From: an uncultured Aminicenantes bacterium
Lineage (GTDB): Bacteria > Acidobacteriota > Aminicenantia > UBA2199
Direction of reading: 5' to 3'
DNA length: 64,000 nt
Assembly: GCA_965195285.1 (NCBI GenBank)
Contig: CBDAFS010000012.1
Coordinates: 64,001 to 128,000, forward strand
Part shown: positions 1 through 8,100 of the stretch, piece after piece
How the letters are laid out: every line of letters begins with the position of its first letter
Position numbering within the stretch: the first letter of the stretch is position 1
Translations under genes and position numbers: made by a program
The notes under the pieces: model-generated
The model's database searches: none
What the model saw: only the letters and a program-made list of their open reading frames with translations
Told to the model about the DNA's origin: nothing

Positions 1-1
1 T

Positions 2-886
2 AATATCAACATCGGTGACAAAGAAGCGTTTGATCAGGGATTTGATAAGTTTTCAACCTTTACCTACCGCGGTGCGCCGGCCATCAACCAGCAGGTAAAG
101 GAATGGGCCGATGAAATTAAAAGCCGGGAACGGTATTTCCTGTACTTGCATTACATGGATCCCCATCAACCCTTTTTTGAACGGAAACCCTGGTATCAAA
201 AGCAGGATGATCCTCGTGATAACCAGGTGGCCATGTATGACAGTGAAATTAATTATGCGGATCAACATATCCGGGAACTCCATGAGTTGTTTAACTGGTC
301 GGAGAATACCCTGATTGTGGTGACCTCTGATCACGGTGAAGAGCTCTGGGATCATGGCCTGAAAGGACACGGTTATTCCCTGTTCCGGGAAGTCATTCAT
401 GTCCCCCTGATGTTTTATTATCCCGGTGGTCAATTCAGTGCCGGAACCATAAAAGAGAATGTCAGCCTTATCGATGTGCTGCCCACCCTGAACGAATTTC
501 TGGGATTGCCTCCGGACAAGGAGCATGAGGGAATCAGTCTGTTGCCCCGGATTATCGGGAGTGAACTGCAGTTACCCCAGCGGTTTTTATTTGCCCATCT
601 GGTGGATCACAGTTTTTCAGAAAAAATGGCAGAGACCGAATCCACTCTCTATGAAAACTGGCATTTTATCAAGAATTTTTCCGGTTCCTGGTATTTATAC
701 AATCTGAAACTCGATCCCGGTGAAAAATACAACCAGCAGGTCGGAGATCACGGAATTGCCCGCCGGCTTTTTGCCCGCTACCGTGGATTCAAAAAAAAGT
801 GCCGGATTTTCAAACATGATAGTACCTCTTTTTATCTGGATGAAAAACAGATTGAGAAATTGAAAACACTGGGTTATGTGAAGTAG
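2..886 (+). CDS. Sulfatase-family hydrolase, 5' truncated by the window edge
   Basis: Frame is open from base 2. Contains FLYLHYMDPH, YDSEINYAD, TSDHGE, GHG and HVPL motifs typical of sulfatase C-terminal halves. Confidence 0.85.
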   Translation, partial: NINIGDKEAFDQGFDKFSTFTYRGAPAINQQVKEWADEIKSRERYFLYLHYMDPHQPFFERKPWYQKQDDPRDNQVAMYDSEINYADQHIRELHELFNWSENTLIVVTSDHGEELWDHGLKGHGYSLFREVIHVPLMFYYPGGQFSAGTIKENVSLIDVLPTLNEFLGLPPDKEHEGISLLPRIIGSELQLPQRFLFAHLVDHSFSEKMAETESTLYENWHFIKNFSGSWYLYNLKLDPGEKYNQQVGDHGIARRLFARYRGFKKKCRIFKHDSTSFYLDEKQIEKLKTLGYVK

Positions 887-914
887 TTTAAATTGGCATT
901 AATGGGGTTCAAGG

Positions 915-943
915 TTGACTTTTGGGTTCCACTTAAGTATAAT
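915..943 (+). promoter_or_regulatory. Sigma70-type promoter
   Basis: TTGACT-17 bp-TATAAT upstream of AAGGAG RBS and ATG 977. Confidence 0.65.
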
Positions 944-976
944 TCCATATCTTTTAAAGGAAAAAAGGAGTTGTTG

Positions 977-2956
977 ATGAGAAAAATCAATTTATCTGTA
1001 CTCATTATTTCAATGATCATGGTTGTTGGGATGAATGCATATGCTCAGACTGATGATACTTCGAAAAAGGGGTGTCCGGAGTATATTGATTATTTAAAGG
1101 CAAACAAAGAAATCATAAACTATAACACTTATGGCTTAATTGAAGGCATTGAAGAAGTCGTGCTCAAAATTTATTCCCATAAGGAGTCACAGGATCAACT
1201 TTTAGGGAGCCTGCAGGATTTTTTATATACCCGCTATGAAGTCAAGGAATTTTCCGAAGATCAAATCGTCATTTCCATTTATTTCCCGGTTTCCCGGAAA
1301 ACTGAGACGAAAGCTATTGTTGCCCCGGTAACCGCAAAGGAAATGAAGCCGGAAAAGACACCGGAAACCCGGGAACCTGAGGCCGTGATAGTGATTCTGC
1401 CCCAGCCGGAACCGGAGAAAGAGGACTGCCCCGGCAGGGTGAAAGTCCAGGTCAGGAAGATCGGATATCAGGTTTTCAAGGAGTATAAATATTTTGAGGA
1501 AAGTTTATCATTTGACAGGGATGTTGAATTGAGAACCCAGCTGACCGCCAGTGTTAAAGAGGTGGCGGTTGCTGACGGTGACCGGGTACAGGAGGGCCAG
1601 ATTCTGGTTCGGCTTGATTCCGGTGTGATCGAAAAAGAGATCAAAAGCGTGGAAGAGTTAATAAAAAACTGGAAGACTATTTTATTCAAACGTCAAAACT
1701 GGAAGGTCCGAAGCCCGAGAGCTGAAAAGCAGGCCCAGGAAAAAATCCAGGAGAGTGAAATCCTGCTGGCTCAGAAAATGGAAGACCTGTCCAAAACCCA
1801 GATCAAAGCACCCTTTGACGGCAAGGTGATTTATATAATTCCAGAGGGTGAACCCCTGGAAATCGGTGCCACGGTACTGAGGATGGTGTCCGATAAATTG
1901 ATGAAAGTATCGGTTCCGGTTGTTGATTCAGGATTGTTTTCCCAGGGAATGGATGTCCGGATTTCCTCGACCGAAGTGGAAGGTGAATTCCCGGGAAGGG
2001 TCAGCAAAACCGAGACCGAAACCAAAATAGTATTGAGGAATGAGGATTTGAAATTGTCAGAGGGCATGAAGGTCAATTTCCGGGTTCTGTACAGGGAATA
2101 TGATCAGGCCATGGTGATTCCGGAAAAAGAGGTCTTGAAAGATGATTCCGGTTATTATGTTTTTGTGGTGGATGCCAAACGGGCTGCCCTGCGCAGGCTC
2201 AACGTCGGCGTCATTGAATCCGGAATGGTACATGTGCTTTCCGGGATCAATATCGGTGAGGAAGTGATTGCCACCGGTTTGAATTGCCTTCAGGATCGAA
2301 AGAAAATCAAGGTGATGATCTGGGATGCCGTGCTAGGGAAATTGAGGCCAAGAAAAAAGAAAGAAATCATTGAAGCCCCGGTTATTCAGCCGGAAGAGAT
2401 TGAAATTCCGGTTGAACGGGTCATTAAAAAGAAAAATTATTGGCGGGTTGGCGGCGGACTGGGAGCCTGTATCGGAACCGGCAGTGTGTTCTCTGATGTC
2501 TATGGTAGTTTTGTTCCGGCCGGTTTTATTACCGCTTCCTTCACCATTAACGAGAAGGTTGAAATCTTCTTTTCTACTTCCTATATCACTGCCAGCGGTA
2601 AGGCCACGGAACTGGATGACAAGGTCACTCTGACCATGATCCCGATTTATATCGGAGCAAAAATCCATTTGAACAAGATAAAAAAGTTTACTCCCTTTGT
2701 CGGTGCGGCAATGTCCAGGTACAATACCAAGGAATCATTTCCGGCAGGGAATGAATATCATGAGACCACCAGTTACCGTTCCAATTTTGGAGGTTCGGGT
2801 TTTGTAGGGACCTATTTTCCGATCGGTAAAAAGCTCGATTTGACCGTGACCCTGAAATATGATTTCAGCCAGGTTGCCATGGAAGAAGGCGAGGAAAAGG
2901 TTGATCTTTCCGGCTTCAGGCTGTTGATCGGCGTTACCTATATCCTGGGCCGCTGA
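977..2956 (+). CDS. Secreted RND/HlyD-type periplasmic adaptor fused to a C-terminal outer-membrane beta-barrel
   Basis: Signal peptide (MRKINLSVLII...AYA); lipoyl-like halves VADGDRVQEGQILVRLD and IKAPFDGKV; membrane-proximal domain (SGINIGEEVI); C-terminal ~170 aa of amphipathic strands (TPFVGA, GFRLLIGVTY). Start moved from 893 to RBS-supported 977. Confidence 0.75.
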   Translation: MRKINLSVLIISMIMVVGMNAYAQTDDTSKKGCPEYIDYLKANKEIINYNTYGLIEGIEEVVLKIYSHKESQDQLLGSLQDFLYTRYEVKEFSEDQIVISIYFPVSRKTETKAIVAPVTAKEMKPEKTPETREPEAVIVILPQPEPEKEDCPGRVKVQVRKIGYQVFKEYKYFEESLSFDRDVELRTQLTASVKEVAVADGDRVQEGQILVRLDSGVIEKEIKSVEELIKNWKTILFKRQNWKVRSPRAEKQAQEKIQESEILLAQKMEDLSKTQIKAPFDGKVIYIIPEGEPLEIGATVLRMVSDKLMKVSVPVVDSGLFSQGMDVRISSTEVEGEFPGRVSKTETETKIVLRNEDLKLSEGMKVNFRVLYREYDQAMVIPEKEVLKDDSGYYVFVVDAKRAALRRLNVGVIESGMVHVLSGINIGEEVIATGLNCLQDRKKIKVMIWDAVLGKLRPRKKKEIIEAPVIQPEEIEIPVERVIKKKNYWRVGGGLGACIGTGSVFSDVYGSFVPAGFITASFTINEKVEIFFSTSYITASGKATELDDKVTLTMIPIYIGAKIHLNKIKKFTPFVGAAMSRYNTKESFPAGNEYHETTSYRSNFGGSGFVGTYFPIGKKLDLTVTLKYDFSQVAMEEGEEKVDLSGFRLLIGVTYILGR

Positions 2957-2964
2957 AATCCCGA
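2947..2964 (+). repeat. Left copy of 18-bp direct repeat (GGGCCGCTGAAATCCCGA), overlapping the stop codon of the upstream gene
   Basis: 17/18 identical to 4753-4770. Confidence 0.8.
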
Positions 2965-3077
2965 TTTATAATAATTTCCAAACTTACAAGTACCAATCTT
3001 CATTTCTTATGTAAGAATTTAAGAATTTGATGGTTCTGGGACAGTCTCGTAGACTTCTCTGACAGAAGTCGCACAAA

Positions 3078-3563
3078 TCATTTTATGAATCTCTCATCAT
3101 CTTTTGTTTTTGAAAGTTTATATATATTTTTCTCAAGCCATCCTATTTTCTCTACTTTTCTTATGTCGAATTCAGGTATATACGGTTTTATATCCAGAAG
3201 AGGGGTTCCATCTACAATATCTACCTCTTGAATATGTAGTATATTATCTTCAATCCTGATAAGACGAACTACAGAGATACCGACCGGATTTGGTCTACTC
3301 GGACCTCGTATTGCAAAAACTCCGTGTACTTCGCTATCCATATATGGTTTTACTTTTAAGGGCATCTCCTTGGATAAATGAAAGTGATATATCAAAATAA
3401 TGTGAGAAAAGCCTTCCAAATCTTTTAAACCCTCGACATATTTTGGAAATAGCTCAACTGTTCCATCAATATTTTTAGCACCTGCAGGTTGTATAGGTGT
3501 TCCTTTAGGTTCTTTAAATTGAGAATGAACAACTCCGATTGGCTTGTACTTTATCTCATTCAT
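3078..3563 (-). CDS. tsaA: tRNA t6A37 N6-methyltransferase TrmO/TsaA family
   Basis: PIGVVHS, GLKDLEGFSHI, GVFAIRGPSRPNPVG and DGTPLLDIKPY motifs. Confidence 0.9.
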   Translation of the reverse strand: MNEIKYKPIGVVHSQFKEPKGTPIQPAGAKNIDGTVELFPKYVEGLKDLEGFSHIILIYHFHLSKEMPLKVKPYMDSEVHGVFAIRGPSRPNPVGISVVRLIRIEDNILHIQEVDIVDGTPLLDIKPYIPEFDIRKVEKIGWLEKNIYKLSKTKDDERFIK

Positions 3564-3734
3564 AATTTTATCTTTTTATATATGCAATTTTCGATAACGA
3601 CCGTATATATTCATTGTTCTTACACCGCCAATTGGTGGTATATAAACAATTGTTTATATTTTTCAACTACAGTTGTACCACATCTATCTAAAAATATCAT
3701 CTACAGGATTCCTTGTTTATTTATAGTATTTATA

Positions 3735-3777
3735 GGGACGTTGCTTGGAAAAGGGGGACGTTGCTTGACATCGTGAC
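3735..3777 (+). repeat. Left end of RAYT-like element: partial copy (3735-3747) plus full 24-bp inverted repeat (3754-3777)
   Basis: GGGACGTTGCTTG-GAAAAG-GGGGACGTTGCTTGACATCGTGAC. The first 17 bp of the full copy are the exact reverse complement of 4726-4742. Confidence 0.85.
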
Positions 3778-3793
3778 ATTTATTTGATATTTT
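3765..3793 (+). promoter_or_regulatory. Putative transposase promoter with -35 inside the left inverted repeat
   Basis: TTGACA (3765-3770)-17 bp-TATTTT (3788-3793) with TGn extension. The predicted +1 falls near ATG 3799. Confidence 0.5.
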
Positions 3794-3798
3794 TTTTC

Positions 3799-4716
3799 AT
3801 GCGTCACCCTAGAATTACTTACAAAGATGCCTTTCACCATGTTATGAATAGGGGAATTAATGGTGAGAAGATATTTGAATCTTCAAAAGATAAAAAATAT
3901 TTTCTTGAATTGGTTTTAGAGAAATCAAAGATTTTAAAAATCAGGATTCTTGCTTGTTGTATTTTAGATAATCACTTTCATCTAATAATTCAAAATTGTT
4001 CAGGTAAGATGAGTGAATTCTTGAAAAGGATAAATAGCCAATATGGATATTATTATAGGAAGAATGTAGGAGGGCATGGATATGTATTTCATGGGAGATA
4101 TAAATCAACATTAATTCAGGAAGACGAATATTTAAAAATGTCACTTTTATATTTATTTCTCAATCCTGTTCGTTCTGGCATCGTATCAAATCCATTTGAA
4201 TACAACTGGTCAAGTATTCAAGAATTGTATTTAGCGAGACGAACCAGAAAACTAACGGATTATAAATTCATAGAGGGATTATTTGGAGACCGAGTGAATT
4301 TAGTGGATAGCTTGAATATTTGGATGAATAAAGAGTTACCAATAGAACAAAATCGTTTTGGAAATTTTTTGGGTGACAATAAATTCCTGCCCAAATCACT
4401 TAATCTATATAATAGAAGGAGAAAAAAAGGAATAAGTCGTAGGATGAGAATTTTTGATCAATATTTTAAAGGAGCCACTCAAATCATATCAGAATTTGAG
4501 AATGAAAAAGGAGTTACGTTGGACAAAGTTGATTTTGTTAGTATAGAAGGTAAGGGATTGAGGGGAGAATTATTGGTGCGATTAAAGGATGAAGGTGGCT
4601 TGAAATATACAGAAATTATTAACTATCCATGGTTTGAATCCTTGAAGTATAATTCTTTAGGTCAGGTCTATAAAAGAACAAAAGTGAAACTAAATAACAA
4701 GGTGAAAATAAAATAA
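3799..4716 (+). CDS. REP-associated tyrosine transposase-like protein (Y1_Tnp, HUH)
   Basis: HHVMNRG, DNHFHL (HUH), GYVFHGRYKS, YLFLNPVRSG (catalytic Tyr helix) and YNWSS motifs, plus a C-terminal extension. Confidence 0.9.
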   Translation: MRHPRITYKDAFHHVMNRGINGEKIFESSKDKKYFLELVLEKSKILKIRILACCILDNHFHLIIQNCSGKMSEFLKRINSQYGYYYRKNVGGHGYVFHGRYKSTLIQEDEYLKMSLLYLFLNPVRSGIVSNPFEYNWSSIQELYLARRTRKLTDYKFIEGLFGDRVNLVDSLNIWMNKELPIEQNRFGNFLGDNKFLPKSLNLYNRRRKKGISRRMRIFDQYFKGATQIISEFENEKGVTLDKVDFVSIEGKGLRGELLVRLKDEGGLKYTEIINYPWFESLKYNSLGQVYKRTKVKLNNKVKIK

Positions 4717-4718
4717 CC

Positions 4719-4742
4719 GTCATACTGTCAAGCAACGTCCCC
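4719..4742 (-). repeat. Right inverted repeat of RAYT-like element
   Basis: GTCATACTGTCAAGCAACGTCCCC begins 2 bp after the transposase stop codon. Confidence 0.85.
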
Positions 4743-4752
4743 ATCTTCATTA

Positions 4753-4770
4753 GGGCCGCTGAGATCCCGA
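4753..4770 (+). repeat. Right copy of 18-bp direct repeat (GGGCCGCTGAGATCCCGA)
   Basis: 17/18 identical to 2947-2964; lies 10 bp outside the right inverted repeat. Confidence 0.8.
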
Positions 4771-4898
4771 ATCGTTTCCCAAAAGGTAGATTTCTGCTTG
4801 TTGGTATAGGAAATAATTTTATTAAGAAAAAAAGAAAAATTCTATTGACATTCTTTTTTTAATATACTATTTATATGGTAGAAACAAAGGAGCTAATA

Positions 4899-5138
4899 AT
4901 GAGTGATATCAAAAAAAAGGATGATACCAAGATCGAAAGCCGCCGTGAATTTATGAAGAAGATTTCCAAATGGTCAAAGGTGGCATTGGCAACGGCAGTT
5001 GGAATTACTACATTCGGTTCCTTAGCCTGTCCTCGTTATAGTGATTATTACGAGTCGGCCGGGTATTGTGATTGGTATGGTCAGGATTATTATACCTACA
5101 GTTCCTACTGTAACTACACCAATTACGGAGATTATTAA
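4899..5138 (+). CDS. Small Tat-leader, Tyr-rich peptide (putative RiPP precursor or lipopeptide)
   Basis: AAGGAG RBS; SRREFMKK twin-arginine motif; hydrophobic stretch ending SLAC; 36-aa tail with 12 Tyr. Confidence 0.75.
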   Translation: MSDIKKKDDTKIESRREFMKKISKWSKVALATAVGITTFGSLACPRYSDYYESAGYCDWYGQDYYTYSSYCNYTNYGDY

Positions 5139-5272
5139 ACCCTTCATTATTAACGTTATTTTTAACTCCCGGTTTTTTCACTTATTAAATCAGTTTTATC
5201 CCTTATATTTTCGTTAGAGAAATTTTCCCCGAAGTATTATCTACATAAAGATTGGATCGAACGTCCCGGAAT

Positions 5273-5809
5273 TCAGACCAGGTCCATACCCATTTCAATG
5301 GCCCGTTCATTGAGGGGAATTAAATGATGATGGCGCTTGGGCAGTGTATCCTTCAAGGCTATCAAAAGGGATTCTTTCTTGACCACATTTTTTAATTTAA
5401 CCAGGCTGCCCAGCAGAAGCATGTTCATGACTTTTACATTTTTCAGTTCATTGGTTGCCTTCTCAACCGCGGGCAGAGCAATAACGGTGATATCGGTTCG
5501 GACCGGGGCTTCTTTGATATGGGTGCTTTCCCAGATCATCATACCACCCTTCTTGACCCGGGGTTCGAATTTTTTCAGAGAGGGCTGATTGAGCACAACG
5601 GCAATGTCATATTCGCTGACAATAGGAGATGAGATGGGCTCGTCGCTGATATTGACCATGCAATTGGCCGTCCCTCCCCGCATTTCCGGGCCATAGGAAG
5701 GCATCCAGCTAACTTCCTTGCCTTCTTTCATGGCTGCATAGGCCAGCAGGGTTCCCATTGAAAGCACTCCCTGGCCTCCGAATCCGGCAAAAATCATTTC
5801 CTGTAGCAT
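5273..5809 (-). CDS. 2-oxoacid:ferredoxin oxidoreductase gamma subunit
   Basis: AGFGGQGVL and PSYGPEMRGGTA motifs. Start corrected to 5809 (TAATG coupling with the beta subunit). Confidence 0.92.
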   Translation of the reverse strand: MLQEMIFAGFGGQGVLSMGTLLAYAAMKEGKEVSWMPSYGPEMRGGTANCMVNISDEPISSPIVSEYDIAVVLNQPSLKKFEPRVKKGGMMIWESTHIKEAPVRTDITVIALPAVEKATNELKNVKVMNMLLLGSLVKLKNVVKKESLLIALKDTLPKRHHHLIPLNERAIEMGMDLV

Positions 5810-6573
5810 TATTCCATCTCCTCCTTGGGCGGTTCTTTGAATACACCGAGAGGAAAATAGGGGAATACTTTTTCTTTCAGCCATTCCAGGGATTCTTCCG
5901 GTGTACATTTCCAGTTGGACGGGCAATTTGAAGCCACCTCTACGAATGTGGTGCCTACTCCCTTCATTTGGATTTTAAAGGCCTTTTCGATTGCCTTTCG
6001 GGCTTTTCGGGTGTGGGCCGGGGTATCGCAACTGACCCGTTCTGAATAGACCACGCCATCGAACCGGGATACCAGTTCAGCCATTTTCATGGGCATTCCG
6101 GTCTTGGACATTTCCCGGCCATAGGGGGTAGTGGTGGTTTTCTGTCCGTCCAGGGTTGTCGGGGCCATCTGGCCTCCGGTCATGCCGTAAATACCGTTAT
6201 TGATAAAGATAAAGGTGAAGTTTTCTCCCCGGTTACAGGCGTGAATGGTTTCGGCGATGCCGATGGCGGCCAGGTCACCGTCACCCTGATATGAAAAAAC
6301 GATTTTATCGGGCAGCATGCGTTTGATACCAGTGGCTACGGCTGCAGCCCTTCCATGGGCGGCTTCCTGCATATCAATATCCATGTAGTCATAGGCAAAC
6401 ACCGAACATCCGACCGGGCAGACCCCGATGATTTTGTCCTGAATGTCCAAATCTTCAACAATTTCCATTAAAATCTTATGGATGGTGGAATGAAAACAAC
6501 CCGGACAGTAGTGCATGCGTTTGGGGAGGAGGGTAGCGGGTTTTTTATATATTTGTTCGTATCCTGGTTTCAT
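5809..6573 (-). CDS. 2-oxoacid:ferredoxin oxidoreductase beta (TPP-binding) subunit
   Basis: YCPGC, VGC, HGRA and GDGD...NNGIYGMTGGQ motifs. Confidence 0.93.
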   Translation of the reverse strand: MKPGYEQIYKKPATLLPKRMHYCPGCFHSTIHKILMEIVEDLDIQDKIIGVCPVGCSVFAYDYMDIDMQEAAHGRAAAVATGIKRMLPDKIVFSYQGDGDLAAIGIAETIHACNRGENFTFIFINNGIYGMTGGQMAPTTLDGQKTTTTPYGREMSKTGMPMKMAELVSRFDGVVYSERVSCDTPAHTRKARKAIEKAFKIQMKGVGTTFVEVASNCPSNWKCTPEESLEWLKEKVFPYFPLGVFKEPPKEEME

Positions 6574-6582
6574 GGTTGTCTC

Positions 6583-7641
6583 CTAAAGTAAATTTTCCCG
6601 GATATGGTTCAATATCTCATCAGGTGTGGGAACAATTCCTCCGGTTCGACCGTAGAAATGAACAGGTTTCTGTCCATTTACCGATAACCTGACATCTTCT
6701 ACCATTTGTCCGGCATTCATCTCAATAGAAATGAAGAATCGGGTCTGGGGGCGTCCGGCCAGCTCCTCAATTGGCTTTTCCGGGTAGGGCCATAGGGTAA
6801 TGGGTCTGAAAAGTCCCATTTTTATTCCCTCACTCCGGGCCGTATCCACAACCTTTTTGGAGATTCTCGAGCACAATCCGAAGCTTACGATCACAAATTC
6901 GGCATCTTCCAGCTTGTATTCCTCATATCGGACCTCGTTCTCCTTTATTTTTTTATACTTTTCCTGCAGTTTCAAATTGACTTTTTCCATCACTTCGGCC
7001 TGGATAAAAAGAGAAGTAATGATGTTCCTTTCCCGGTTTGATGTTTTTCCGGTAGTGGCCCAGGGTTTGTCGGGTGTGTAGGGGATCGGATCGGGAAGCA
7101 CCACCTTTTCCATCATCTGACCGATGGCGCCATCGGATAACAGCATGGCCGGGGTCCTGTATTGATCTGCCAGTTTAAAGGCCAGGAAGATATGGTCCAC
7201 CATTTCCTGGACCGAGTTGGGCGCAAGTACAATTAAATGGTAATCTCCGTGTCCTCCTCCTTTGACTGCCTGGAAATAATCGCTCTGACTGGGCTGGATG
7301 GTCCCCAATCCCGGGCCGCCTCGGGTAACATTGGCAAAGACACAAGGAAGTTCTGCACAGGCAATGTATGAAACCCCTTCCTGCATCAATGAAAATCCGG
7401 GAGAAGAGGTGGTGGTCATGACCCGGGCACCGGCAGCGGCGGCCCCGTAAACCATATTTACCGATGCCACTTCGCTTTCCGCCTGAATCAATACGTAATT
7501 GTAGTTGGGTTCCTGCATGGCCAGATATTCCACCACTTCGGATTGAGGCGTGATGGGATACCCGAAATAAGCCTGAAGACCGGAACGAATCGCTGCTTCC
7601 CCGAGGGCTTCGTTTCCTTTCATAAATCTTGTTTCAGCCAA
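6583..7641 (-). CDS. vorB: 2-oxoacid:ferredoxin oxidoreductase alpha subunit (VorB-like)
   Basis: GNEA, GYPITPQSE, QAESE, TSSPG and EMNAGQ motifs; TTG start after GGAGG. Confidence 0.9.
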   Translation of the reverse strand: MAETRFMKGNEALGEAAIRSGLQAYFGYPITPQSEVVEYLAMQEPNYNYVLIQAESEVASVNMVYGAAAAGARVMTTTSSPGFSLMQEGVSYIACAELPCVFANVTRGGPGLGTIQPSQSDYFQAVKGGGHGDYHLIVLAPNSVQEMVDHIFLAFKLADQYRTPAMLLSDGAIGQMMEKVVLPDPIPYTPDKPWATTGKTSNRERNIITSLFIQAEVMEKVNLKLQEKYKKIKENEVRYEEYKLEDAEFVIVSFGLCSRISKKVVDTARSEGIKMGLFRPITLWPYPEKPIEELAGRPQTRFFISIEMNAGQMVEDVRLSVNGQKPVHFYGRTGGIVPTPDEILNHIRENLL

Positions 7642-7764
7642 TTTTTCCTCCGTTAAAAAACATTCTATCTGAATCAGATAATTTGCGAAAAAGTAAAATC
7701 AATGATGAGGAAATAACTCCGTTGAATGTCGGTGAATAGGTAGCATAATTTCAGGGAGAAGACA

Positions 7765-7989
7765 TTAACTGACTTTTTTGAAAACAGTGATGGCTGCATC
7801 AGGACATATGATGGCACAGTTTTGGCAGGCAATACATTTCTCTTCATCAGCCAGATAGGCGTAATGCAGTCCGTAATTGTTGGTATCCGATGTGTTCAGG
7901 GCCAGGCATTCGGTTGGACAGTGCAAGACACAGAGATTGCAGCCCTTGCATGTTTCAACGGAAATTTCAACATATCCTTTGGCAGGCAT
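7765..7989 (-). CDS. 2x[4Fe-4S] ferredoxin (delta subunit)
   Basis: CKGCNLCVLHCP and CIACQNCAIICP; RBS AAGGAGG before ATG 7989. Confidence 0.92.
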   Translation of the reverse strand: MPAKGYVEISVETCKGCNLCVLHCPTECLALNTSDTNNYGLHYAYLADEEKCIACQNCAIICPDAAITVFKKVS

Positions 7990-8100
7990 GTCTTCCTCCT
8001 TATTAAATATATTTTTAACATTTTTTCCAGGAGATTTCAAGTTTAAAAACCCAAAAATATAATTATTTCACGGGCTGAGGTTTTCCTGAATGAATGACTG

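Larger units (their letters stand above)
3754..4742 (+). mobile_element. IS200/IS605-superfamily RAYT-like element bounded by inverted repeats
   Basis: Y1 HUH transposase gene tightly enclosed by 24-bp inverted repeats (21/24 match); AT-rich. Confidence 0.75.

Noticed and set aside
893-976. N-terminal extension of the 893..2956 ORF
   Set aside because: It overlaps a consensus promoter; the RBS and signal peptide support ATG 977.
3584-3612. attC-like half site (minus strand GTTATCGAAAATT) just upstream of tsaA
   Set aside because: No complementary partner arm and no integron integrase in the window.
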